Positions 1-9,005 of a stretch of 64,000 bases of DNA are shown here, one piece after another. The notes under the pieces were generated by a model, which worked only from the letters and a program-made list of their open reading frames with translations, did not search any database and was not told where the DNA came from. The translations under genes were made by a program, and so were the position numbers. The stretch's first letter is position 1. Each line of letters starts with the position of its first letter. Source of the stretch: a virus; the IMG/VR virus record IMGVR_UViG_3300044691_000113, positions 5,300 through 69,299 of that record; one strand, 5' to 3'.

Positions 1-123
1 ATTGGGCTGGCCTACCGTCTCCTCGGTGGAGTCCGCGCCATAGGTCAGCAGGGCACTCAGAGAACTGGACTGAGGATCATCCGCGCCGCCCATCGCACTG
101 CCAAAACTGTAATCACCCGCCAC
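1..123 (-). CDS. N-terminus of putative internal virion/ejection protein (runs off window)
   Basis: GTG at 123 behind AGGAGG; open frame MAGDYSFGSAMGGADDPQSS... to the window edge; function from position only. Confidence 0.6.
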   Translation of the reverse strand, partial: MAGDYSFGSAMGGADDPQSSSLSALLTYGADSTEETVGQPN

Positions 124-135
124 GTTCGCCGCCTC

Positions 136-693
136 CTAAACCTTTGTCGCCGCACCAGCGCCCGCCGCTCCCACCGCGCCGATGCCTGCCTGCCAGAGCG
201 CGTTCTGTTGACCCTGAATGCTCGTGAGGTCGCTGAGAGAAGCGTCGCGTCCGCTGGTCGCTGTGCCGAACATGCCCGCCTCGGAGTTCGCGCCCTGGAG
301 TTGTTCACTGCGAAGCTGCTGCTGCTCCTGCTCCCACTTTTCGGTATTGGCAGTGTCGCGTGTGGCGTTGTAGTCGGTGACCTGCCGCTGGCCGGCGCGA
401 GCGTTCTCTGCCTGGGTCGCTGCTACCGCTGCGGTGTTGCTGCCCGTGCGGAGTGCGGTGTCGCGGACCTGCTGGTTCGCCTTCGTGTTCGCGGAGTTCA
501 TCGCGCCCGAGGTCATCAGGTTCTGGTTTTGGAGGTATTGCTTGGACTGGTAGGGGTTGCCCTGGGCGATCTTGGAATTGACGTTCGAGTTGAAGTTGTT
601 GATGTCGCTCTGGTAGTTGTTCGCTGCGGTATTCTCCCAATTTGTATATTGGGAGTTCGCGTCCTGCACGGCACCTGTGGCTACGCTCGACAT
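136..693 (-). CDS. Putative DNA ejection/pilot protein
   Basis: Start re-called at ATG 693 just downstream of the repeated promoter; Q/N/A-rich helical sequence ending in a Gly/Ala hydrophobic tail (AGIGAVGAAGAGAA), typical of podovirus ejection proteins. Confidence 0.6.
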   Translation of the reverse strand: MSSVATGAVQDANSQYTNWENTAANNYQSDINNFNSNVNSKIAQGNPYQSKQYLQNQNLMTSGAMNSANTKANQQVRDTALRTGSNTAAVAATQAENARAGQRQVTDYNATRDTANTEKWEQEQQQLRSEQLQGANSEAGMFGTATSGRDASLSDLTSIQGQQNALWQAGIGAVGAAGAGAATKV

Positions 694-699
694 AACGAC

Positions 700-731
700 G
701 CGTACCCTACCATTTTTAGGAGGCAGCACAA
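700..731 (-). promoter_or_regulatory. Late promoter motif, copy 1
   Basis: Minus strand TTGTGC-N16-TAGGGT containing the 18-mer AAAAATGGTAGGGTACGC shared by five sites. Confidence 0.8.
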
Positions 732-740
732 GAGCAAAGG

Positions 741-764
741 AAAAGCCCCCATGAGTAGGGGGCT
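741..764 (-). terminator. Intrinsic terminator
   Basis: Minus strand AGCCCCC-TACTCAT-GGGGGCT followed by TTTCCTTT. Confidence 0.75.
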
Positions 765-1175
765 CATCCTCGGAGATTCAGACCATCCACGCAATCAACT
801 TCAACCAACCTCCGGTCACGTTACAGCGTGGCCGGAGCCGCAGCAAAGATAGAGTGTCACAACCCTTCGGAGGAGAGGTTTGTTTTCCTCTCCCCCTTCC
901 GGTTTACTGCTCGTCGTTTTATGGGTGTTCCGTGTGGCGTCGATGTTCGGACTGCCGAATTTGAAGCCCCGATTTCACTAGCGCATTCGGGACAAGATAC
1001 GCTGGGTGCCCATATCCCGTTTCGGCGTTTGATAGCTCGTGTGGCGGCATCGTCCCCGCCACTGGACCAGCACGCCAAAGCTACAAAGACGCGCCGCGTA
1101 GAATTTGGTAGTGCAAGGGCAGGTCGGATCAAGCTTCCTACGGCGTCGAATCGAACCCCGCCCCCCGGAACTGAA
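741..1175 (-). ncRNA. Candidate structured non-coding RNA region (possibly two RNAs)
   Basis: About 430 nt with no credible ORF in a tightly packed operon; several hairpins; two related extended -10-like boxes (846-860, 1174-1188); ends in a terminator. Strand not certain. Confidence 0.5.
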
Positions 1176-1184
1176 GACAGAGTA

Positions 1185-1631
1185 TCACGGTCGGAGTTGT
1201 CGAACGAAGTGAATAAACTTCTCCGTCACATCGGTAAAGCCGCACCGCTCCACCGTGCCGCGCATAATCTTCGCAAGTCTCGACGGCACCGCTACCCGTG
1301 CAAGGCGTATCTTTCTCGATACTAGAAAGCTGCCCAGCGTCGGAACCAGCGCCTCGAGCGAGTTCATGCCCTGCTTATTCAGGCCGATCTTTCTCAGATA
1401 AGCTTCGAACTCGATGTAGAGTCCGTCGACGATAATCCCGTCGAGATTTTCAGCCACCAATGTCAGCACCACGGGGAAGGCGAAGAAGTCGGGACGTTCC
1501 TGCGGTCCCATCATTTGCCCCGCAGCGTCGAGCAGGAAGGTGAGCGCCGGCAAGTCCCTCTCCTCCGCGATCCGCCACGTCAGGCCGTTCGACTCCAGCG
1601 ACCAGTGGCGCCAGTTGTCTACTTCTCCCAC
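1185..1631 (-). CDS. Hypothetical protein, possibly GNAT-like virion assembly factor
   Basis: WRIAEERDLPAL N-terminus and ERCGF C-terminal motif resemble GNAT folds; lies just upstream of ejection genes as in many podoviruses. Confidence 0.5.
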   Translation of the reverse strand: MGEVDNWRHWSLESNGLTWRIAEERDLPALTFLLDAAGQMMGPQERPDFFAFPVVLTLVAENLDGIIVDGLYIEFEAYLRKIGLNKQGMNSLEALVPTLGSFLVSRKIRLARVAVPSRLAKIMRGTVERCGFTDVTEKFIHFVRQLRP

Positions 1632-1993
1632 TCGTCGCCCGCCGCGGCCTTCAATTGCTCAAGTCCGTCTTTCAGCGCATTCACCATGAGCAATCCGCTT
1701 GAGAAAGCTGTCGGGGAGAAGTGCATCGCAAACATGATCGTTCCGTCATCGAAACGGAAGATGCCTGGATTGTCGGGGAAATTTACTGCTGGGTTTTCGA
1801 AGAAGTCCGGTATCGCTCTGTCTTTTTTCCAGAAGATAAAGGCCGCGCTGCGCGCCATGATACTTCCATTGGCTCCTACCATTTGGAAGAAGATGCGACC
1901 TTCCGATCGATAAAGGTGAGCAGGAGAACCTTCCATTACATCTTCGAAACGAATCTGGACGAGTTGGCATTCGCGATCTGTTGGCATACGCAT
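1619..1993 (-). CDS. Hypothetical protein
   Basis: 124-aa ORF co-oriented with and overlapping the next gene. Confidence 0.6.
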   Translation of the reverse strand: MRMPTDRECQLVQIRFEDVMEGSPAHLYRSEGRIFFQMVGANGSIMARSAAFIFWKKDRAIPDFFENPAVNFPDNPGIFRFDDGTIMFAMHFSPTAFSSGLLMVNALKDGLEQLKAAAGDEWEK

Positions 1994-2034
1994 GAGTGCA
2001 TCTTACATCCACTCTGGCGACAATCGGCGACAAA

Positions 2035-3522
2035 TTACATCCAGCAGAATGCCATCCAGTTCACGTCGCCGGTGTTGAAGTTTCCTGTTGCGTCCACTAC
2101 CTGCATGAACGGAGTCAAGCCAGTAATCTCGCATTTGTAAACGCCGCTCATCGGATGGCTCGACGCGTTGATGCTCGCCGGGGTGGGGATAGCGAACATC
2201 TTATCCGACGTGAATCCAGCGGGGAGGCCGAATGCCGTACCACTCGTCACCCTGCCAGCGCCAAGGGCTATCTTGGTGCCGCTGGGTAGCTCAATGACGA
2301 TGAACTTCCCGCCCGCCACGCTGGTTACGGTCAGGCCCGGGGTCCATGCGATCGCGAACCAGTTGCCGGTTGCGCCCCACACACCGGTTGTAGTGTCAGC
2401 GAAGGAGCAACGCATCACGCCGCCCGCGTCGATTGCCGAGGTGTTGATGCCTCGCGCCTGTCGCGTCGGGTCAACGCCAGAGTTCGGGCTGACGATACTG
2501 AGGAAGTTCGCCGGGTTCACCCATGGCATCGTCGACGGCAGCGCCACCGCAACGCCGTTGTTCGTCACGCCGGTGCCGATCGAGAGATGCGCCCCACCCG
2601 GAAGCACAAAGTCTACCCACACCCCGTCCGCCGTCGTCTCCTCCGTCACATTCGTCCCCAGCGGGTCGTAGCAGAAGGCGAAGATGTTGCAACTCCCCGA
2701 CCACTTGTTCGGGATGCCATCCTCGTAAACCATGCTCACAAGGGTAGGGAAGTCCGGAGGTCCGGTCGTTGCGCCGCCGCCCGATGCGATAGATATGCTC
2801 TCGTTGAGGATGCCGTGGGCGAGGTTGCTGGTCTGCACCTGGAACCCGTTGGGTCCGGAGATAGCCTGCATCGCGGAGGTGAAGAGTTCAGCCGGAACGC
2901 CGAAGGTTCCGCCATCTGACGCGAAGGCCGCACCGAAGGCGACGAGCTGCTGACCCGGCAGCGTGAAGAGACCGAACGCGCCGTTGGTGGTTGCCTCGAC
3001 GGTTACGCCCTCTGGCTGGCTGGTGATCGTCTGGCCGCCGTTCGCGTTGCGCCAGAGGTTGAAGTTGATGCCGTCGTAGCTCGAGCGCACCTGAAAGAAG
3101 AAGCGCCCGCTCGGAAGGTTGGTCAGGGTCCAGTAGGTTTGCGTCGAGCCGGTTGTCCCGCCGAAGACGGTCACCGCAGAAGAGATGTTGAACTTAGGCG
3201 TCGTCGCGCACCTGATCTGGTGGTAGATGGGAGTGATGGATGCGCTGTTGGCCGCTACGGTCTGTCCGCTGGTCTGCTGGGCCTGCTGCACGGCGGAGGC
3301 GGGAGCGATGGCGCCGGGGTTCTGGATCTCGACGATGTAGGTTCCCTTGAGGAAGCTCACCGTCGCCTTTACCTGCTGCGGGACGTTCTTGCCCGAGGTG
3401 CTGGTTACCGTCTGCGAGAGGTTCGAGGTAGTGGCGAGCGCCTTCAGGATTTCGCGGAGCTGCTCGTTGCCGGCTGCCGCGTCCTGAATCTTCTGTGTGG
3501 GGATTACGTTATTTTGCGACAT
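2035..3522 (-). CDS. Tail fibre/receptor-binding-like structural protein with three C-terminal repeats
   Basis: Beta-rich; three repeats starting FTLPGQQLVAFGA, FVLPGGAHLSIGTG, IELPSGTKIALGAG and ending CNIFAFC/GNWFAIA/VNWMAFC, like gp53-type fibre tip domains. Confidence 0.65.
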   Translation of the reverse strand: MSQNNVIPTQKIQDAAAGNEQLREILKALATTSNLSQTVTSTSGKNVPQQVKATVSFLKGTYIVEIQNPGAIAPASAVQQAQQTSGQTVAANSASITPIYHQIRCATTPKFNISSAVTVFGGTTGSTQTYWTLTNLPSGRFFFQVRSSYDGINFNLWRNANGGQTITSQPEGVTVEATTNGAFGLFTLPGQQLVAFGAAFASDGGTFGVPAELFTSAMQAISGPNGFQVQTSNLAHGILNESISIASGGGATTGPPDFPTLVSMVYEDGIPNKWSGSCNIFAFCYDPLGTNVTEETTADGVWVDFVLPGGAHLSIGTGVTNNGVAVALPSTMPWVNPANFLSIVSPNSGVDPTRQARGINTSAIDAGGVMRCSFADTTTGVWGATGNWFAIAWTPGLTVTSVAGGKFIVIELPSGTKIALGAGRVTSGTAFGLPAGFTSDKMFAIPTPASINASSHPMSGVYKCEITGLTPFMQVVDATGNFNTGDVNWMAFCWM

Positions 3523-3697
3523 CGCGCCCTCGGCATCTCTTTCGGAACTCGTAGCCCTTCTCTTCCATCCACTCGATCATCATGTAGTTCCGGCAGCGCC
3601 AGCTTTTGCGGGGATCATCATCGAAGGCATAGCGCAGTGTGATGGGGCCAGCCTTCGTAATGCGGAAGATGCCGATTACTTCGTCCTTTGCGAACAT
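3509..3697 (-). CDS. Small hypothetical protein
   Basis: 62-aa ORF that exactly fills the gap between neighbours. Confidence 0.55.
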   Translation of the reverse strand: MFAKDEVIGIFRITKAGPITLRYAFDDDPRKSWRCRNYMMIEWMEEKGYEFRKRCRGRDVAK

Positions 3698-3991
3698 CTA
3701 GCTCTCCCAGTCAGGAATCTCAACGGTCTGGTTCGCCAGCGCGTGCGTGCAATCGCCAAGGAATTGAATGCGCCCATCAGCAACGTATGAGTGACACACT
3801 CCTACAAGATTCAACGAAGGGGATAGCGTTGGAGAATCAAGGCTGCCATTCCATTGCCAGAAAGGGTAGTCATCCCATTCGTGATGTGCCAAACCGTCTT
3901 CGTGGGGTCTAACCCTAAAGCGATGAGGAGAATCGCATCCAGGGCACATAAATATCGCCCATCCACTCGGACCTACCTTGAGCTTCGCCAT
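3698..3991 (-). CDS. DUF6527-like zinc-binding protein
   Basis: Start re-called at ATG 3991 (TAATG overlap); FMCPGC..H, WQWNGSLDSPTLSPSL, CHSYVADGRIQFLGDCTH motifs. Confidence 0.7.
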   Translation of the reverse strand: MAKLKVGPSGWAIFMCPGCDSPHRFRVRPHEDGLAHHEWDDYPFWQWNGSLDSPTLSPSLNLVGVCHSYVADGRIQFLGDCTHALANQTVEIPDWES

Positions 3992-6732
3992 TATCCAATC
4001 CTCGTCGAGAAGAACTTGCGCAGCCAGAGGATAGCGGTGTCGATCATGTAGCCCGCGCCCGCTACGCCTCCATTGTCGAACCCGATGCCCCACAAGACGC
4101 CCTGCGTCCCCACCACACCGAAGTCGCGTTGCTGGTTCGTCGAGGTCAGCACCATCGTCCGCAGGGATGTAGACAGTGGAACCGTGCGCCCCTTCTCATC
4201 CACCGCGTAGACATTCAGCGCACCGTTGCCGGTCCCGCCAACCGTCCCACCCTGCAGTGAGAAGATGCCCCGCGTCGGGTTCGAGCCGAAGACGCTCAAC
4301 CACTGCGAGAAGTAGCCCATCGGCGCGCCGTCCCAGTTCTGGTCAGAGAGTTGCCCTTCGGTCAGGGTGTAGAGCGCTCCGTCAGGCGAACACAGCATCA
4401 TCTGATTGTTGAGGTCGACGCCGGCTTGCGTGGTGCTCGTCTGGTAGCGCTGCGGAACGTAGACGTAATCGAGCGCGTTCAGATCATCTACCGACCAGCG
4501 CCGCCCACTGATGTTCGGAACCTCGCGCCCCGTCCTTACGATGAAGATAACGGCATCGTCCCATCCCAGCGCGTAGCTGAGGGTGATCGTCGTATTCGGC
4601 TCCGTCTGGAAGTCGAGCGGCACGGCGAAGCGTACCTCGCGGCGGCTGGTGTCGATCTTCACCACGATCTTGTAGCCGACCGACCAGTTGATCCGCCTCC
4701 ACAGACCAAACGTGTCCGTGTTGACGATTGCCCCGATCTCTTTGCCAACCAACTGCGGAGCTCCACCGACGAAGCGCATGGGACCGTCGTGGTGCGCGTA
4801 GATCATGAAGTCGGCCGAGTCCTCCGTCGCCACATCCCAAGCCTTCGCGCCGCATGGTCCGCTCCCGCTCCACAACCGGTGTACCGGCCAGGTGCTGGGG
4901 TCGCCGTCGTTCGGGACGACCGCATGTCCGGAGTTCTCTTTGAGCGCAATCTGGTTCTCGCGGATCTCGCCCCAGCCTACAGTGCGGTCGCCATCGGACT
5001 CCGCGCATTGCAGGTTCGAGCCCGGCACCCGTACCGCCTCCGGGTCGTCGAGGTCAGAGACGAGGAAGCCAGAAGGGAAGCCCTTGCAGCCGGTGTAGAT
5101 AACCTGCGCCAGCGTCTTCGAGAACGCGATTGCAGACGCAGGAGGAACCTCGATGCGGTTGAAGTAGTCGGTGACCTCGGAGGCTCCGGGCAGATACGTG
5201 TCGGTGAAGTTGAATTGGACCTGCGTGGTCGTATTGTCGTTGATCGTCGTCTTGGTGATGGGGACGTCGGCCTGGTTGAAGCCGGGACTCTCGACGTCGT
5301 CTCGATCGACATAGAAGTAGGGTCCAGCCGCACTCGCTCCCGCCACCGTGAAGGCGGCAATCCGGCGAACGCAGTTGTAAGGTCCGAGGGGTACGCGGTC
5401 ATTCAACAACTTGAATCCTGCCTGAGTAACATTCACCCGGATAGGAGCCGATGCGCTGAACCCGGTGATGTACTCGGTGCGGGTCTCGAACATCCACACC
5501 AACCAGCGAACGCCGGTGTCAACGTTGCCGGTGCCTGCCACGGTCGCACTGTTGACGGTGGGGAGCGGTGGTCCGATGGGGAAGGCGCTTATGGTGAATG
5601 GGGTAGAAGAGAGGAACGGGCCACCCGGGATCTGCGCGTAGAAGGTCGGGTCGGTGTACTTGGTGACGTCGGGCGGTCCTTGCGAGATGAAGGCGTAAGC
5701 CTGATACGACGTCGCGCCATTGGCTCCCAGCGGTCCGCCAACGGCAAACTCCGCGGGGATGCCCGGGTTGATGGCCGTCAGGTCAACGGGACCGCCTGTA
5801 GTGTTCTTGAACTGCAATACCCGGGAGGGGTCGAGCACCCCATCTGGAGTTACCAGTTCGTTGATGCTCTCGCCGTTGGCGTTGAGGTAGGTCAGCGCGA
5901 CAAACACCGTCGCCTGGTCAATGATGGGCGACGCCAGGTCTACCGTGGTCGTCGGCGTAATCGCCGCGTCAGGGTCGGGCAGGCCGGAGACCGCTACCGG
6001 GGTGTGTTCCTCCCATGTCACGGTGTTGTCAGTGACAGCGTTGCCGAACCCGGTGGGGAAGGTCGGCGGCGCGGTGCCGGAGGTGCCCGCCACTATACAT
6101 CTGTATAGGTGTCCGGTCTGTGTCGGTATCCACGTACCCTGCTGCGCAGGCAGTCCATCCGTCTGGAACGTCGACGGGCTGATCACATGGCCGATTCTGT
6201 AACGTTTTGAGGGGTTCCACGGTGCAGCGAAAGGGACATCCGATACCTGATCAAGAGTGCCGGCGTTCGGGTCGTAGATCATGTTCGGCGCGACGCCGGT
6301 GGTCAGGTCTCCCATGGCGATCATGCCCTTGTTGAAGGCCTGGGTAATCACCGGTCTCAGGCCGGGGACAAGCGGCAGGTTCGCCTGATTGATGAAGGAG
6401 GTCGTCGTCAGGACGGTGACGGAGCTTTGAATAAAGGGGGTGGCGCCGTAGATGTTGCCGTCTGTCGCGGTGTAGGCCGACAAGCCGATGACCTCGCGTC
6501 CGCTGTTGTCGTTGGCGAGGTAGCGGATGACGCCGAGCGCAGCCAACTCCGAGTTGCGCGCGCCGAACTTCAGCCGGTTGGTGAAGCCCCAGCGGGTTGC
6601 GACGGACTGCGGGGTGTAGCGGTTGTTGCGGGATATCTGCGCAGAGCCAAGGGGGAGTTGCACGGTCGAGTCGCTTTGTACGAGCGACCCGAACCGTGGA
6701 ATGGCCTGCGGTATGCAATCAGTGAATTGCAA
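3991..6732 (-). CDS. Tail nozzle/head-stabilisation protein (P22 gp10/T7 gp12-like)
   Basis: 913 aa, beta-rich, downstream of the adaptor-like gene; includes a small WNPSKRYRIGH...DNTVTW carbohydrate-binding-like insert. Confidence 0.6.
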   Translation of the reverse strand: MQFTDCIPQAIPRFGSLVQSDSTVQLPLGSAQISRNNRYTPQSVATRWGFTNRLKFGARNSELAALGVIRYLANDNSGREVIGLSAYTATDGNIYGATPFIQSSVTVLTTTSFINQANLPLVPGLRPVITQAFNKGMIAMGDLTTGVAPNMIYDPNAGTLDQVSDVPFAAPWNPSKRYRIGHVISPSTFQTDGLPAQQGTWIPTQTGHLYRCIVAGTSGTAPPTFPTGFGNAVTDNTVTWEEHTPVAVSGLPDPDAAITPTTTVDLASPIIDQATVFVALTYLNANGESINELVTPDGVLDPSRVLQFKNTTGGPVDLTAINPGIPAEFAVGGPLGANGATSYQAYAFISQGPPDVTKYTDPTFYAQIPGGPFLSSTPFTISAFPIGPPLPTVNSATVAGTGNVDTGVRWLVWMFETRTEYITGFSASAPIRVNVTQAGFKLLNDRVPLGPYNCVRRIAAFTVAGASAAGPYFYVDRDDVESPGFNQADVPITKTTINDNTTTQVQFNFTDTYLPGASEVTDYFNRIEVPPASAIAFSKTLAQVIYTGCKGFPSGFLVSDLDDPEAVRVPGSNLQCAESDGDRTVGWGEIRENQIALKENSGHAVVPNDGDPSTWPVHRLWSGSGPCGAKAWDVATEDSADFMIYAHHDGPMRFVGGAPQLVGKEIGAIVNTDTFGLWRRINWSVGYKIVVKIDTSRREVRFAVPLDFQTEPNTTITLSYALGWDDAVIFIVRTGREVPNISGRRWSVDDLNALDYVYVPQRYQTSTTQAGVDLNNQMMLCSPDGALYTLTEGQLSDQNWDGAPMGYFSQWLSVFGSNPTRGIFSLQGGTVGGTGNGALNVYAVDEKGRTVPLSTSLRTMVLTSTNQQRDFGVVGTQGVLWGIGFDNGGVAGAGYMIDTAILWLRKFFSTRIG

Positions 6733-7104
6733 TTAGAAGCCCCAGTTAGGTCCAACCAGAGCGAGGAGGAACGAATCAGCAACGAGCGCGGCAGGGACGG
6801 TAATCGCTGTCATCTCGGTGCCAGGGGCGGTGAAGAACTTCAGGTTGAAGGCCGTCGCCAGCGTGGTTCCACTTCCAGCAACAATCTCAGCGGAGTATCC
6901 AGCGGGTGAGTTCTCGACCTGAATGTAGTCGGGAACCTTGCCGGGGAAGCAACTGCCCTGAAACGTGGGGTCCGTGATGGTGGTCAGGTCCAGCGGAAGA
7001 CCGCCAGGGATGTAGGTGATGGAGGTTGGGGCTGCCTTGACCTTGATGGTTTTGCTGCGGCGGGTGTTCGAGGAACCAACTGCGGAGATGTTGAAGTTAG
7101 GCAT
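6733..7104 (-). CDS. Small virion structural protein
   Basis: 123 aa, beta-rich, RBS AGGAAGGA, in structural operon. Confidence 0.6.
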   Translation of the reverse strand: MPNFNISAVGSSNTRRSKTIKVKAAPTSITYIPGGLPLDLTTITDPTFQGSCFPGKVPDYIQVENSPAGYSAEIVAGSGTTLATAFNLKFFTAPGTEMTAITVPAALVADSFLLALVGPNWGF

Positions 7105-7165
7105 TGTGTTGTCCTTCCTGCGGTCCTTTGGGGATCGGGTTCAGGGTTGTCGTTGATCTACACGC

Positions 7166-7864
7166 CTAAGCGTAGGAACTACCTCCGGCTGTCGGAGAGG
7201 TGCGGCCAGTCCGCCCATGGAGCCGCGGATTCTGAATCTTGGTCTGCTGCTTCACCTTCGACAGCACCACAAGGAACTTGTTCCACGCCTTGTGCGCCTT
7301 CTTGTCGAGCCACGCCCCACGCTTCACTTGGTCGCCAGCAATGGCGCAGATGGAACATGCCACGCGCAGCGAGAGAATGTGAGCCGTCCCCCGGATGACG
7401 TTTTGGGCCGGGTCGAAGATGTTGGTGGAAACCGTGTCGAAGTAGACCTTGACCGTGATAGGGATGTTGCTCGGCGTGATCTGGATGGAGCCGTTGGCGA
7501 ATCGACACTGCCATGCGCCGATGTTCGAGATGTTTACCTCGTCCAACTCCTCGACAAGGGCGCACAACTGGTAGAACTCGTCGGTCTGGCTGGTCAACTT
7601 CCACTTCACGTACTTCGGGGACTTCATTGTCGCCAGCGGCTGTCCGGCGCTGAGGAAGGCGTTGAGGTCGCCGGTCAGAGGAGCCAGAGGGATAACCGCA
7701 ATCGACTCGATGTACTGCATCCCCACCGCCTCGAGTTCGACGTCCATCTCGTCGTACTCCTGGTCGATGAGCGGCATGACGTAGGCCGAAGTGAACGTGG
7801 CATTGCTGGGGTCGTCCAGAAGGACGCCAACGCGAATTACGATGTCTGCTACATCCTGCAGCAT
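7166..7864 (-). CDS. Head-tail adaptor/tail tubular protein A-like
   Basis: 232 aa; N-terminal VRVGVLLDDP...FTSAYVMPLIDQEY helix pattern of adaptor proteins; position between capsid and nozzle. Confidence 0.55.
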   Translation of the reverse strand: MLQDVADIVIRVGVLLDDPSNATFTSAYVMPLIDQEYDEMDVELEAVGMQYIESIAVIPLAPLTGDLNAFLSAGQPLATMKSPKYVKWKLTSQTDEFYQLCALVEELDEVNISNIGAWQCRFANGSIQITPSNIPITVKVYFDTVSTNIFDPAQNVIRGTAHILSLRVACSICAIAGDQVKRGAWLDKKAHKAWNKFLVVLSKVKQQTKIQNPRLHGRTGRTSPTAGGSSYA

Positions 7865-7879
7865 TGGCGTCCCCTCTGG

Positions 7880-8992
7880 TTACTCGGTTCGGTTCTTCGC
7901 GTTCTCGGCGCGGGTTCGGGCACCTCTCTGTGCCGGGTTGAGTTCGGAGTCGGGCAGCGGCGAGCGGGCGACGGCGGCGGCAGCAATCTCATCTGCCTCT
8001 TCCTGTTCAGCGCGCCTCTGTGCGATAGACTTCGGCTTCCTGCGACCTTCAGCCAACCGCGCCGGCTTCTCGTCCGAGGTCTCCGCCACGAATGCCGAGA
8101 TGCCGAGGTCTCCAACTTCAGCGCGGGTCAGGCGCTCAAGCGAAGCGTGCTCCTCGGTGATCTTTCCGTTGAGGAAGGCTGCGACAGGGTCGAGGACTTC
8201 GTTGCAGGTGACGCAGATGACGGCACCCACGGCGGGGATGATGCCGCAGAACGGGCAACGTGCCTCGATCGCGCTCTGCTCGGTGACCGGCTGGATCCAC
8301 TCGGGAAGTTGCGGAATCTTGCCGATATCGAACATCCGCGTCGCACAGACCCGGTGAACCTCGACGATGGCAGCGGCGGCCATGTGGTTGGGCGAGTTCC
8401 AGAAGCCATTCGCCTCGATGATCTTGCTCATCATCCACACGTACATGCGCTCGAGGCAGGCGTTGATCTTCTCGGCGTTCTCCGGCTTCTCCAAATTCTC
8501 CGGAGTCGCGTCGCCAGTGATGGCGATAACCCCACCCATGGCGTAATACTCGTTCTCAAACGCCTGGGCGAGGTCGATGGGCAAGTGCTCCCATGGGGTG
8601 TTGACGCCGTCGCCAAGGTACTTCACCTGAATCGCGCAGTGGTCCCAGGTGTGCGCGGTGTAGTCGAGGTCGCGACCGACGCAGGCATCAATCCTCACCC
8701 GAAGCTCATCCATCGGTGAGTTGACCACCAGCGGAAGCGGCAGGAAGTTGATGACGGTAGCGTGCTGGATGCCCGTCCTCGCATGGCGCATCAGCATGGA
8801 TTCCAGAACGGACTCGAACTGCAAATCCCGGGCGCGGCCCTTGGCTTTGCCGGGGTCGTACTCCCCGAAGATTACGGTTTGGCCCTGGTGGGTGACGGTG
8901 TGACGTCCGCTGATGCCAGACGCCATAGCGGTCTGGCTGCTGCTCGACTCCCGCTGATCCTCGATGCTGAACTCCGGTGCTTTCACTGGCAT
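7880..8992 (-). CDS. Hypothetical protein with zinc ribbon
   Basis: Start re-called at ATG 8992 behind AAGGAG; CPFC...CVTC motif near C-terminus. Confidence 0.7.
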   Translation of the reverse strand: MPVKAPEFSIEDQRESSSSQTAMASGISGRHTVTHQGQTVIFGEYDPGKAKGRARDLQFESVLESMLMRHARTGIQHATVINFLPLPLVVNSPMDELRVRIDACVGRDLDYTAHTWDHCAIQVKYLGDGVNTPWEHLPIDLAQAFENEYYAMGGVIAITGDATPENLEKPENAEKINACLERMYVWMMSKIIEANGFWNSPNHMAAAAIVEVHRVCATRMFDIGKIPQLPEWIQPVTEQSAIEARCPFCGIIPAVGAVICVTCNEVLDPVAAFLNGKITEEHASLERLTRAEVGDLGISAFVAETSDEKPARLAEGRRKPKSIAQRRAEQEEADEIAAAAVARSPLPDSELNPAQRGARTRAENAKNRTE

Positions 8993-9005
8993 GGTGTTGC
9001 TCCTT

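Noticed and set aside
1120-1166. Minus-strand GGGGGCG-GGGTTC-GATTCGAC resembles a tmRNA 5' end (and a tRNA T-loop)
   Set aside because: No matching 3' acceptor strand, T-arm and CCA about 350 nt downstream and no convincing tag frame; kept only as part of the unknown ncRNA candidate.
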